Assembly: GCA_963754315.1 (NCBI GenBank)
Contig: CAVWFS010000019.1
Coordinates: forward strand, 640,001-704,000
Reading direction: 5' to 3'
DNA: 64,000 nucleotides
Source of the DNA: an uncultured Candidatus Rokubacteria bacterium
GTDB lineage: Bacteria > Methylomirabilota > Methylomirabilia > Rokubacteriales > CSP1-6
Positions 41,625 through 50,772 of this stretch are shown piece after piece. A program made the translations under genes and the position numbers. The number at the start of each line of letters is the position of its first letter. Within the stretch, counting starts at the first letter, position 1. A model generated the notes under the pieces. It searched no databases. It was not told the DNA's origin and saw only the letters and a list, made by a program, of their open reading frames with translations.

Positions 41625-42932
41625 ATGACCACACCGGCATCCGTCATCATGCTGAGCATCGACGGCCTGCGCGCCGACACGATCGACGATCCCACCCTTA
41701 CCCTGCCTGCCATACGAGCCCTGATGGGGCGCGGCACGCGGGCCCGGCGGCTGCTGCCCATCTTCCCCACCGTGACCTGGCCCTGCCACACCACGATGGT
41801 GACCGGCGCCTCGCCGGCACGCCACGGGGTGCTAGGCAATCTCACATTCGATCGCGCTCGGGGCGAGGTCGTCGAGCACTTCGGCGATCGGACGACGGTT
41901 CCGATCCGAATGGAAACGCTCTGGGATCGGCTGCACGCCCGCGGCGAGCGGGTGGCGGGTATCTGCTGGCCGAAGACGCGTGACGTGGCCGCCGTCGCCG
42001 ACAATATCCCCGAGTTCTACGAGCAGGAGCTGTTCGAGCAGTACGCGTCGCAACCGCTCTGGACTGAGCTGACGCGGCAGAACTTACCCGTCCATCGCTA
42101 TGGGCCGTGGAGCAAGAGCCACCCGTTGGGACCCATGCAGGATTGGCTCTCGCTGGAGGCGGCCCTTCACGTGCTGCGCACGCGACCTCCCCGGCTCATG
42201 CTCTTGCACTTTCTCACTCTCGACTCCTTTCAGCACGATTACGGCGTCGAGAGCGCCGAGGCGCGCTGGGCCACTATTCACATGGACGCGCTGCTCGGTC
42301 GGCTGGTCGCCGTGCTGGATGCGCTGGGTCGCCTGTCGTCGACGGCCCTCCTGGTATTCGGCGACCATGGCTTCGTTGATGTGAGTACCACCCACCACCT
42401 GAACCAGATCCTGCGCGCAGAGAGGCTGCTCGAGGTCGATGCCGGTGGCGGCATCACCCGGCGGCTGGTGTGGGCCGCCGGCAACGGGGGCGCAGCGCAT
42501 GTGTACATCCTCAACGGTGCGCCGCCCACCACCGAGGCGCGGCTGCGCGAGCGGTTCGCCGCGCTGCCGGGGGTGGACGTGATCGGCCGCGAGCGCTTTC
42601 ACGATCTGGGGCTGCCCGAACCCGCGCCGGACTCTGCACAGGGGGATCTCATGCTCGCCGCCCACGATGGGGTGTTCTTCACCGGGCATCCAACGGAAGA
42701 GGCCGCTGCCGCCGCGCCCGTCTATCTGGCCGCCCACGGCCATGTCCCGACCATCCCCAAGCTGGCCGCCGCCTTCATGATGGCGGGGCCGGGCATCCGG
42801 GAAGGCGCGGCCGTTGACACCGTGTCGATGCTCGACCTCGCACCCACGGCCGCCTCTCTCCTGCGGGTCGATCTTCCTGAAGCCGAGGGACGACCCTTGG
42901 CGGAGGCGCTCAACCTTCCTGGCCATCGATGA
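41625..42932 (+). CDS. Alkaline phosphatase superfamily, type I phosphodiesterase/nucleotide pyrophosphatase-like
   Basis: SIDGLR, PTVTWPCHTTMVTG (Thr nucleophile), DSFQHDYG, GDHG and HG motifs. No signal peptide. Confidence 0.9.
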   Translation: MTTPASVIMLSIDGLRADTIDDPTLTLPAIRALMGRGTRARRLLPIFPTVTWPCHTTMVTGASPARHGVLGNLTFDRARGEVVEHFGDRTTVPIRMETLWDRLHARGERVAGICWPKTRDVAAVADNIPEFYEQELFEQYASQPLWTELTRQNLPVHRYGPWSKSHPLGPMQDWLSLEAALHVLRTRPPRLMLLHFLTLDSFQHDYGVESAEARWATIHMDALLGRLVAVLDALGRLSSTALLVFGDHGFVDVSTTHHLNQILRAERLLEVDAGGGITRRLVWAAGNGGAAHVYILNGAPPTTEARLRERFAALPGVDVIGRERFHDLGLPEPAPDSAQGDLMLAAHDGVFFTGHPTEEAAAAAPVYLAAHGHVPTIPKLAAAFMMAGPGIREGAAVDTVSMLDLAPTAASLLRVDLPEAEGRPLAEALNLPGHR

Positions 42933-43681
42933 GGGCCATCCTCATCGCGGCCGGACGGGGACGCCGGCTGCGGCCCCTGACCGACGACGTTCCCAAGTGC
43001 TACGCCGAGATCGGCGGACGCCGAATTCTCGACTGGTGTCTGGAGGCGCTGACGAGCGCTGGGCTCGATCCGATCGTCTTCGTGGGCGGCTATCGGATGG
43101 AGCGCGTGCAGCGGGATTACCCTCACCTGCACTTCAGGCACAACGCGAGCTGGGAAGACAACAACATCCTAGCCTCGTTGCTGCACGCCGAGGCCGACAT
43201 GGCCGAAGGCTTCGTGTCGAGCTACAGCGATATCCTCTACCGAGCGGAAGCCGTGAAGCGCCTGGTGGCCAGTCGGGCCGACATCGCCTTGCTGGTGGAC
43301 ACCGCGTGGCGCCCCCGCTACGCTCCCCGCACCGAGCACCCCGAATCTGATGGCGAGAAAGTTCGGATGGCCGGGCATCGGATCGTAGAAGTCCGCCGGA
43401 CCATCCCTCCCGTCGAAGCTCCTGCGGAATTCACCGGCGTTGCCAAATTCTCGCCGGCGGGGGCACAAGTGCTCATCGAGCACTACCACCGCGCCCGGCG
43501 GGCTCACTCCGAGACCGAGGCTTCCCACTCGCCGTTCGCGAAGTGGTACATGATCACCCTGCTCCAGGCGATGCTGGAAGCGGGCGTGGAAATGGAGGCG
43601 GTAGAAACGCACGGCGGGTACTTCGAGATCGACACCACACAGGACTACCTTCTCGCTCAGCAAGGATGGCCCGCTCGATGA
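42929..43681 (+). CDS. NTP-transferase, phosphocholine/phosphonate cytidylyltransferase (LicC-like)
   Basis: AILIAAGRGRRLRPLT..PKC, NNILASL, YSDI and EIDT..DY motifs. Confidence 0.85.
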   Translation: MRAILIAAGRGRRLRPLTDDVPKCYAEIGGRRILDWCLEALTSAGLDPIVFVGGYRMERVQRDYPHLHFRHNASWEDNNILASLLHAEADMAEGFVSSYSDILYRAEAVKRLVASRADIALLVDTAWRPRYAPRTEHPESDGEKVRMAGHRIVEVRRTIPPVEAPAEFTGVAKFSPAGAQVLIEHYHRARRAHSETEASHSPFAKWYMITLLQAMLEAGVEMEAVETHGGYFEIDTTQDYLLAQQGWPAR

Positions 43682-44739
43682 GCCATCCCGCTTCTCTGCT
43701 CTTGTTTCCGGCCTCGGTGGTGGGGAGCATGCCGCGCCCGGCCTTCGTTCGCGATCTGCTCGCCCGCCCCCCGGACGATCCCGAACGTGCGGTTCATATG
43801 GATGCGGCCGTCCACTACGTGATTGCCCTCCAGGAAGCGGCCGGGATCGACGTGGTGTCGGACGGTGAGTGGCGTCGGCTCTCCTACATTGGCATCATCG
43901 CCGACATCGCAGAGGGCTTCGCGCGGGAGACCCGCGACGGACTCTCATGGCACACCGTGGTCGGAACCCTGCGGCCGAAGCATCCCGGCCTGACGGGGAA
44001 GGAAGCGCGCTTTCTGGTCGAAAACACCACGCGCGCCACCAAGGTCGCCCTTCCCTCGCCGTACCTGCTCGCCCAGCGCATGTGGGATCCCGAGCGCTCG
44101 CGGGAAGCTTACCCCACCCGGGAGACGTTCATGCGCGCGTTGGTGCCCGTCCTGCGCGGCGAGTTGCTCGCTCTGCGCGCGGCCGGCGTGACCATAGCCC
44201 AGTTCGACGATCCCCACCTTTGCTTGCTGGCCGACCCGCGGATCCGGGCCACGCTGGCCGATCCCGACGCGGAGGCCGAGCTTTGCGTGAGCGTTCTCAA
44301 CGAGATCGTGGCCGGCATCGATGGGATCATCACGGCCGTGCATCTCTGCCGGCGGAACAAGGGCCGCCAGGGCTGGATCGGTGAGGGCGGCTACGATCCC
44401 ATCGTGCCGTTCCTCAGAATGCTGAACGTCGACCAATACGTCTTGGAGTTCACCATCCCGGTGGCCGGCGACTTCAGCATCTTGCGCGAGCTTCCAGACG
44501 ATCGCCAGGTCGGGCTCGGGTGTGTGGATTGTCGTGGCGAAGCGATCGAGCGGTCGGAGGCGGTGGCCGCGCGGGTGGAGCAGGCTCTGCGCCACATCGA
44601 CGCCGAGCGGGTGTGGCTCAACCCGGACTGCGGCTTCGCCCCCGGGAGCGCGGCGGACATCCCCGTCGATGAAGCCTATGCCAAGCTCCAGGCCGAGGCG
44701 GGGGCGGCCGCGCTCTTACGCAGCCGCCACCGGCGTTGA
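43678..44739 (+). CDS. Cobalamin-independent methionine synthase (MetE) catalytic-domain-only protein
   Basis: VVGSMPRP, SDGEWRR, QFDDP, HLCRRN, LEF and NPDCGF Zn ligands; single barrel of 353 aa. Confidence 0.88.
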   Translation: MSHPASLLLFPASVVGSMPRPAFVRDLLARPPDDPERAVHMDAAVHYVIALQEAAGIDVVSDGEWRRLSYIGIIADIAEGFARETRDGLSWHTVVGTLRPKHPGLTGKEARFLVENTTRATKVALPSPYLLAQRMWDPERSREAYPTRETFMRALVPVLRGELLALRAAGVTIAQFDDPHLCLLADPRIRATLADPDAEAELCVSVLNEIVAGIDGIITAVHLCRRNKGRQGWIGEGGYDPIVPFLRMLNVDQYVLEFTIPVAGDFSILRELPDDRQVGLGCVDCRGEAIERSEAVAARVEQALRHIDAERVWLNPDCGFAPGSAADIPVDEAYAKLQAEAGAAALLRSRHRR

Positions 44740-44820
44740 GTTTGACGGTGACGTCGCTCAGGCCATGCCCTTCGTCGATCAGCGCCGCCGCCGATTCTGA
44801 TGGTGACGTAGACTAGGTTC

Positions 44821-45762
44821 GTGGACGTCAGCTCGGCGATTGACCTTCGGCTGGCCCCCATGGCGGGGGTCACCAACGCGCCGTTCAGGCTCGTCGCCCG
44901 CGAGTGTGGAGCAGGGCTCCTGACCAGCGAGGAGATCGATGCGCGCGGGCTCCTCGCGGACAGCGCTCACACGCGCGAATTGGCGCGCTACCTACCGGAG
45001 GAACACCCCATCACCTTCCAGCTCCTCGGCGGGGATGCCGAGGTGCTCGCGGAGGCAGCGCGGCGATTGGAGGCGGCTGGCGCCGACGGCATCGACCTCA
45101 ACATGGGCTGCCCGGTGACCAAGATCGTGAGCAAGGGTCATGGCGCCGCCCTCATGCGTGATCCCTGGGCAGCTGCTCTGATCTTCAGGGCCATACGCAA
45201 GGCCGTGAACGTGCCATTCTCTATCAAGATTCGAGGCGGCTGGGACGATCGCACGCTCAACGCCACCGAAATCGCGCAGATTGCCGAGAACGAGGGGATC
45301 GACGCGATCACCGTGCACCCCCGCACCCGTTCCCAGCAGTTCACCGGGCGCGCGCCCTGGGAAATCATCGCGGCGGTGGTGGATGCCGTACGCATTCCGG
45401 TCATCGGCAACGGGGACGTTCGCAGTCGCGTCGACGCGGAAAGCATGGTGGCGACGACCAACTGCGAGAGCGTCATGATCGGCCGGGGAGCGTTGGGGGC
45501 ACCATGGATCTTCGCGCCGACCGAGCCGACGCGCGAGAACAAGGCGCGGGTTATCGCGCGCCACTGCCAGCTCATTGAGGCTCATCTGCCCCCTCGGGTA
45601 GCCGACATTCAGCTCAGAAAGCATCTGGCGTGGTACACGAACGGGCTCCCCTTCGCCGCGCAGGCCCGTCCCACCATCTTCCAAGCCCCCGATGCCGAGC
45701 GGGCCAAAGAGCTCTTCTGGCAACTCTGGCGGGGCGATCCACTATCCGCGGTTCGTCCCTAG
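44821..45762 (+). CDS. dusB: tRNA-dihydrouridine synthase (DusB-like)
   Basis: LAPMAGVT, IDLNMGCP, VHPRT, IGNGDV, MIGRGA and RKHLAWY motifs. Confidence 0.9.
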   Translation: MDVSSAIDLRLAPMAGVTNAPFRLVARECGAGLLTSEEIDARGLLADSAHTRELARYLPEEHPITFQLLGGDAEVLAEAARRLEAAGADGIDLNMGCPVTKIVSKGHGAALMRDPWAAALIFRAIRKAVNVPFSIKIRGGWDDRTLNATEIAQIAENEGIDAITVHPRTRSQQFTGRAPWEIIAAVVDAVRIPVIGNGDVRSRVDAESMVATTNCESVMIGRGALGAPWIFAPTEPTRENKARVIARHCQLIEAHLPPRVADIQLRKHLAWYTNGLPFAAQARPTIFQAPDAERAKELFWQLWRGDPLSAVRP

Positions 45763-45777
45763 GGACAGACGACGGCA

Positions 45778-46236
45778 TTGGGTTCAGCCGTGATCCAGAA
45801 GTACTTCGAGGATTTCGCGATCGGCGAGCGGTTCGGTAGCCCGGGCAAGACGCTCACCGATGCCCACTTCATGTTCTTCGCCGGCATGACGGGCGATGCT
45901 CACCCCATTCACTACGACGACGAGTACGCCAAGAAGCAACGCTTCGGGCGCCGGCTGGCCCACGGGCTGCTGCTCAGCTCCATGACGGCAGTGGGTGCGT
46001 CTACCCTGGCTCCGCTCATCGAGGACTCCATCATCGCCTTCGTCGAACAGACCACCCGCTTTCTCGCCCCCGCCTTCATTGGCGACACCATCACGCCGGT
46101 CCACGAGGTGGTGGGCTTGGAGCGCAAGCGGGCAGCCGGGCTCTTGACCCTGCGGGTGACTCTCACCAACCAGCGGGGCGAGACGATCCTCGACGGCCAG
46201 CACCGCTATCTCATCGCCTACCGTCCAGCCGCCTGA
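45778..46236 (+). CDS. MaoC-family hotdog dehydratase
   Basis: KYFEDF, FAGMTGDAHPIH.D and AHG motifs. Confidence 0.88.
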   Translation: MGSAVIQKYFEDFAIGERFGSPGKTLTDAHFMFFAGMTGDAHPIHYDDEYAKKQRFGRRLAHGLLLSSMTAVGASTLAPLIEDSIIAFVEQTTRFLAPAFIGDTITPVHEVVGLERKRAAGLLTLRVTLTNQRGETILDGQHRYLIAYRPAA

Positions 46237-46342
46237 CCAGAGTATCGTCCCTCGCCCCTGGTCCGACCGTGATCCCTTGTCCGGATGGCAACGACCAATC
46301 TATAGTTTTGTCATGGACCGACCCTTTCAGAGGAGGCAGGCC

Positions 46343-46751
46343 ATGCGCACATCGCCTTCTGATTACCGTGCTGACGCTGATCACCCTGGTCCTGATGCCC
46401 GGCCCGCCCGGCGCCGCTCAGGCCCCGCTGGATCACCAAGGGCTGGTCGGTGATTGGGTCGGCAAATGGACGGGGACGATCGTGCCCGGCCACGGTCGCC
46501 GCGGCGGCTCGGGGGGACCCTACTCGCTCACGATCAACCGCGTGGAGGGCGAGAACGTCTTCGCAACGGTCTTTTTCCCCGCCGCTTTCCAAGGAACCCG
46601 CAATGTTCGGGCAACGCTCGCGGGTAACAATCTCACGTTCGGCAACGAACAGTTCACGACGGCGCTGAGCATCGAGGGCGATCAGATTCGAGGGACGATC
46701 ACCGGCGGTGGCGCGCCACCGCGTGAGATCGCCCTGACCCGGAAGAAATAA
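46343..46751 (+). CDS. Hypothetical exported protein, apparent +1 frameshift just after the start codon
   Basis: AGGAGG-N6-ATG 46343 is one base out of frame with AHRLLITVLTLITLVLMP...AQA-PLDHQGLVGDWVGKWTG. Confidence 0.6.
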
Positions 46752-46781
46752 CTCGCGCGCCCTCCCGTAGCTCCCCGCGTG

Positions 46782-46863
46782 AAACGGGGAGGTTTGGAGG
46801 GGCGTCGCGCCCCCTCCATGATAAACGGGGAGGTTTGGAGGGGGCGTCGCGCCCCCTCCATGA
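46782..46863. repeat. Tandem REP-like palindromic repeat (2 x 40-41 nt)
   Basis: AAACGGGGAGGTTTGGAGGGG(G)CGTCGCGCCCCCTCCATGA at 46782-46821 and 46823-46863; internal stem TGGAGGGGGCG/CGCCCCCTCCA. Confidence 0.85.
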
Positions 46864-46866
46864 GAA

Positions 46867-47968
46867 TCAATCGGAGCGGCCGCGCGCTGCGATATCCCAC
46901 ACCGCCTCGACTTCCACCCCGCGCACGGCATAGACGCGGTCGTACAGGTTGAACGTGGGGTCACAGTGGGGCGGGAAGAACTCGATTCGCTCGCCCAGAC
47001 GCACGGAACGGTCGGGATCCTCGAGGACGAGTCGGCCGTGCTCGTCGCCGGCAAACTCGTAACGGAGCCCGGGGCGCTCCACGGCCTCGGGAGGAAAGGG
47101 CTTGTCGGTCGAGAAGGCCTTGAGGCCGGCATCGACGATGGCGCGTTCCGCGGTGGGAACACTGACGACGGTGGCGACCACGGTCAGGGCCATCTCGAAG
47201 TCGGTCAAGGCATCACCCGTCCGCCCCCCAATCCGTCGGTAGTCGATATCCATCACGCAGTAGGAGCCCGATTGCAGCTCGGTCAGACCGGCTAGCTCAC
47301 TGTCGATGTCGTAGGTGCCGGTAGACGCGCCCGCCACGATGTCCACGGGCAGACCCGAGCGCTCCAGGAGGGCTCGCGTTTGCATGAGCGGGGCAAGCGC
47401 TGCGTGCGAGGCGTCGCGTCGTGCCTTCCAGCCGACAACGTGGGCACAGTGACCCGCGTAGCCCTGGAGTCCTCGCAAGCGCAGCGCGCGGGCAGCCATG
47501 ACTCGCCGGGCCAGCTCGAGCGCGGGCCCCCCCGGCTGAATGCCGGTACGCCGGGTGCCTACATCGATATCGACCAGGACGTCCGCGGTGAGGCCGGCCG
47601 ACGCCAAGGCTCGAATCGAGGTCGGCGACGTTCTCTGCGTTGTCGACCACGATCATCGTGTCCGGGGCCTCCCGTATCAGCTCCACGAAGCGCCGGATCT
47701 TCGGCGCGGGCACGATGGGTGTGGTGCATAGCAGGCCACGGATGCCCGCCTTGGCCATGACCTCCGCCTCGCCCAGCTTCGCACAGGCGACGCCGAGCGC
47801 CCCCGCTCCGATCTGGCGCCGGGCGATCTCCGGACAGCGGTGGGTCTTTGCGTGGGGCCGGATGGCCTTTCCGGCCGCCCGAGCGTGGATGGCCATGCGG
47901 GCGAGATTCTTCTCGAAGCGATCGAGGTCGAGGAGCAAGGCGGGGGTCGGAATCTCGTCACGTCGCAT
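46867..47968 (-). CDS. DSD1-family PLP enzyme (D-threonine aldolase/alanine racemase fold), single-base frameshift near 47610
   Basis: TPALLLD and RPHAKTH (PLP Lys) in the first frame; DIDVG..RTG, GLQGYAGH, DAGLKAFS, DEHG and HCDPTFNL in the second. Confidence 0.88.
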
Positions 47969-47989
47969 CGAGCGCGCACTCTACCACAC

Positions 47990-48460
47990 TTAGCTGAGGC
48001 TTACACTGTCGCTGAGCTCGTTCGTATCATCGGGGCGACGGGGAAAATGACGGGCCAGGGAGCGTCCGAGGTCATGCACGGCCTCGATGAGGGCTGCGCG
48101 CGCCGCGCCCTGACGGAGCCGACTCACCATCAGGTCCCGCACGTCCGCCCAGTAGTGCTCTTCCACGCGGGTATCGATGCCCTCATCGCCGAGGATCGCA
48201 ACGCGATGGTCCTCGAGCGCCACATAGATCAGCACACCGTGGCGTAGCGCCGTTCGATGCATACCGAGTCGAACGAATACCTCCCGCGCGCGCTCGAGCA
48301 CATCCGGTCCTTCCTGGTCGGGTCGGGGTGGGACCGTACGCTCGAGGTGGACACGGATCTCGGCTGAGGTTTCCCGCTCTGCCGCTTCGACGGCAGAGCC
48401 GATCGCGTCGAGATCGCCTTCCGCGAACAGCGTCCGTGTCCAGCTTGGATGCTTGTCCAT
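47990..48460 (-). CDS. TPM domain protein
   Basis: AERETSAEIRVH, GVLIYVA, GDEGI and NELSD motifs. Confidence 0.88.
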   Translation of the reverse strand: MDKHPSWTRTLFAEGDLDAIGSAVEAAERETSAEIRVHLERTVPPRPDQEGPDVLERAREVFVRLGMHRTALRHGVLIYVALEDHRVAILGDEGIDTRVEEHYWADVRDLMVSRLRQGAARAALIEAVHDLGRSLARHFPRRPDDTNELSDSVSLS

Positions 48461-49200
48461 TACCAGTCTCCGCTGGCTCCCCCGCCGCCGAAGCCCCCTC
48501 CGCCGGGAGAGAAGCCGCCTCCGTCTCCGGGATCGCCTCCACCTGATCCGCCCCAGCCGCCTCCACCCCAGACAATCGGGGGAACGACCACGGGTGTCCA
48601 GCCTCTTCCCGGTGAGTAGGTGTAGCCGGCGGGAGCAGAGCGACGCCGGCGCCGAGCCGCGCTCAAGAACATGATTGCGATAACCGCGACCACGAAGAGC
48701 AGCGCCAGCGGGGTCATCCCGACCGCCGGCTCCTTTCGTCGTGGGCGCTCCGGAGCGGGGGTGGCATCGATGCGGGCAAAGACGGCATTGATTGCGCGCT
48801 CCAGGCCGGCCGCGTATCGGCCTTCGCGAAAGGCCGGGGCGATGCTGTCACGGATGATCTGCCCAGCCGTGGCATCGGGCAGGGCGCCTTCCAGCCCGTA
48901 GCCCACCTCCAGGCGGACCTTCCGATCTTTGGCGAAGACGAGCAGGATGACGCCGTTGTCGAGCCCCTTCTGCCCCACCCGCCAGCGCTCGGCCAGCCGG
49001 ATTGAGAAGTCCTCCAGACTCTCGCCCTCGAGGGACGGGAAGATGGCGACGACCATCTGGGCGCCGGTGGCCCGCTCCCGGTCGGCGAGCTGGGTCTCCA
49101 GTCGCTGCCGGTCGGTGGCCGAGAGGAGCCCCGCGTAGTCGTTGACGCGGGCAGACGGCACGGGAGGGATGATGAGCGCGAGCAGCAGTAACGCGAGCAG
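48460..49200 (-). CDS. TPM domain protein (YgcG-like) with Gly-rich tail; start uncertain
   Basis: VNDYAGLL, DNGVILL, RLEVGYGLEG and GGGFGGGGASGDW motifs. A hydrophobic signal-like segment extends upstream of GTG 49161. Confidence 0.85.
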   Translation of the reverse strand: MLALLLLALIIPPVPSARVNDYAGLLSATDRQRLETQLADRERATGAQMVVAIFPSLEGESLEDFSIRLAERWRVGQKGLDNGVILLVFAKDRKVRLEVGYGLEGALPDATAGQIIRDSIAPAFREGRYAAGLERAINAVFARIDATPAPERPRRKEPAVGMTPLALLFVVAVIAIMFLSAARRRRRSAPAGYTYSPGRGWTPVVVPPIVWGGGGWGGSGGGDPGDGGGFSPGGGGFGGGGASGDW

Positions 49201-49202
49201 AA

Positions 49203-49787
49203 CTAGAACTTCACCTTGGGCGGAGTGGCCGCCTCGGGGACTGCCTCGAAGAAGGGTCGGGGTTGAAATCCCGCCAGTCGCCCGACCAGGCTCCCGGGAA
49301 AGAGCTGGAGCTTCGTGTTGTACTCGCGCACCGCCTCGTTGAAGCGGCGGCGCTCGACGGCGATACGGTTCTCCGTCCCTTCCAGCTGGGTTTGTAGAGC
49401 CATGAAGGCGGCGTTGCTCTTGAGGTCGGGATAGCGTTCCACCACGACCATCAACCGGCTCAGCGCTCCCGAGAGCTGGTTCTGGGCGGCTTGGAAGCGC
49501 TCGAGCGCCTTGGGATCATTCAGCGCCTCGGGGGTGAGTTGGATGCTCGTGGCACTCGCTCGCGCGCGGGTCACCTCTTCCAGGACGGTACGCTCCTGGG
49601 CGGCGGCGCCCTTGACGGTCTCCACCAGGTTCGGGATGAGATCGGCTCGCCGCTGGTAGACGTTCTGCACCTGGGCCCACCGCTCATTGGTGACCTGCTG
49701 CAGGGGGACGAGCTGGTTGTAAACGCTCACCCCCCAGATGCCGAACCCCAGGATTGCGAGGACAAGGACGATGGCGAGCAGTTTCAT
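49203..49787 (-). CDS. lemA: LemA family protein
   Basis: YQRRADLIPNLV.TVKG, YPDLKS and LEGTENRIAVERRRFN motifs. Confidence 0.95.
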   Translation of the reverse strand: MKLLAIVLVLAILGFGIWGVSVYNQLVPLQQVTNERWAQVQNVYQRRADLIPNLVETVKGAAAQERTVLEEVTRARASATSIQLTPEALNDPKALERFQAAQNQLSGALSRLMVVVERYPDLKSNAAFMALQTQLEGTENRIAVERRRFNEAVREYNTKLQLFPGSLVGRLAGFQPRPFFEAVPEAATPPKVKF

Positions 49788-49944
49788 TTCACACGTTCGG
49801 TGGGGCTCGAAATGGCCTCCCACCCCTCCCGCTCAGAGCGCTGCCGACGACCCATGGCGTGCCCCCGCCCCTGCAGTATTGGTCAAGTATACGCCGGACT
49901 CCGTCCGGTTGACCGCTTCGCACGGCCGTCTTACACTGCGCGGC

Positions 49945-50772
49945 GTGCCGACCGATGTTCTGCCCGACTACCGCATCACTGCGCGCAACACCTCGAAGCA
50001 ATCCGAGAACCTGATCCATGATGACTCGACGGCGCGGCGCTATGGATTTGCGGGCGCCCTTGTGCCGGGGGTCACGGTGTACGCCTACCTCACCCAGCCA
50101 TTGGTGGCGGCCTTCGGCGCGGCCTGGCTCGATCGGGGCACGGCCAACGTCCGTTTCGTAAGGCCCATCCTGGAGGGGGACGCCGTCGTCGTCTCCGGGT
50201 CCGTGGTCGACCAGAATTCTAACGAGACCACGGTGTCGCTTACCGCCCGCGTCGTGGGCGGTGAGGAGTGCGCCGTGATGTCGGCCACGATTCCGGCTGG
50301 TCTCCCCACGCCCGTTAATGTGGTCGCGTACCGGGAGGTCCCTCTGCCCGATGCACGGCCTCCCGTCACGCGGGACGCCCTGCTTGCTATCAGCGATCTG
50401 GGTACACCGGTGACGCATTACGATGAAGCCCGCACCCGCGAATTTTTGGGCAAGATCGACGACCCGCTCCCCCTGTATCAAGGAGAAGCCGGACGCGTCC
50501 ACCCCGCCTTCTTTCTCGACCAGGCCAATCGGGCGCTGAGCGGCAACGTCCGGTTGGGCCCCTGGATTCACGCCGCGAGCATCGTGCGCCACCTCGGACG
50601 GGCTCGCGTGAACGATACCCTGCGCACCCGCGGTCGCATCCGCTCACTCTACGAGAAGAAGGGACGGGAGTTCGTAGAGCTCGATCTCGTCATCGTCAGT
50701 GGAGAGAAACCGCAGCCCGTCGCCCACATCCTGCATACGGCAATCTACCGCCTCCCGCCGTTGCCAGCATGA
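49945..50772 (+). CDS. Double hotdog-fold (MaoC-like) protein
   Basis: ENLIHDD..ARRYGFAGALVPGV and LGPWIH...YEKKGREFVELD. TACACT 7 nt before GTG. Confidence 0.7.
   Translation: MPTDVLPDYRITARNTSKQSENLIHDDSTARRYGFAGALVPGVTVYAYLTQPLVAAFGAAWLDRGTANVRFVRPILEGDAVVVSGSVVDQNSNETTVSLTARVVGGEECAVMSATIPAGLPTPVNVVAYREVPLPDARPPVTRDALLAISDLGTPVTHYDEARTREFLGKIDDPLPLYQGEAGRVHPAFFLDQANRALSGNVRLGPWIHAASIVRHLGRARVNDTLRTRGRIRSLYEKKGREFVELDLVIVSGEKPQPVAHILHTAIYRLPPLPA

Noticed and set aside
46782..46863. CRISPR array
   Set aside because: Only two units, a 1-nt gap instead of a spacer, and no cas genes in the window
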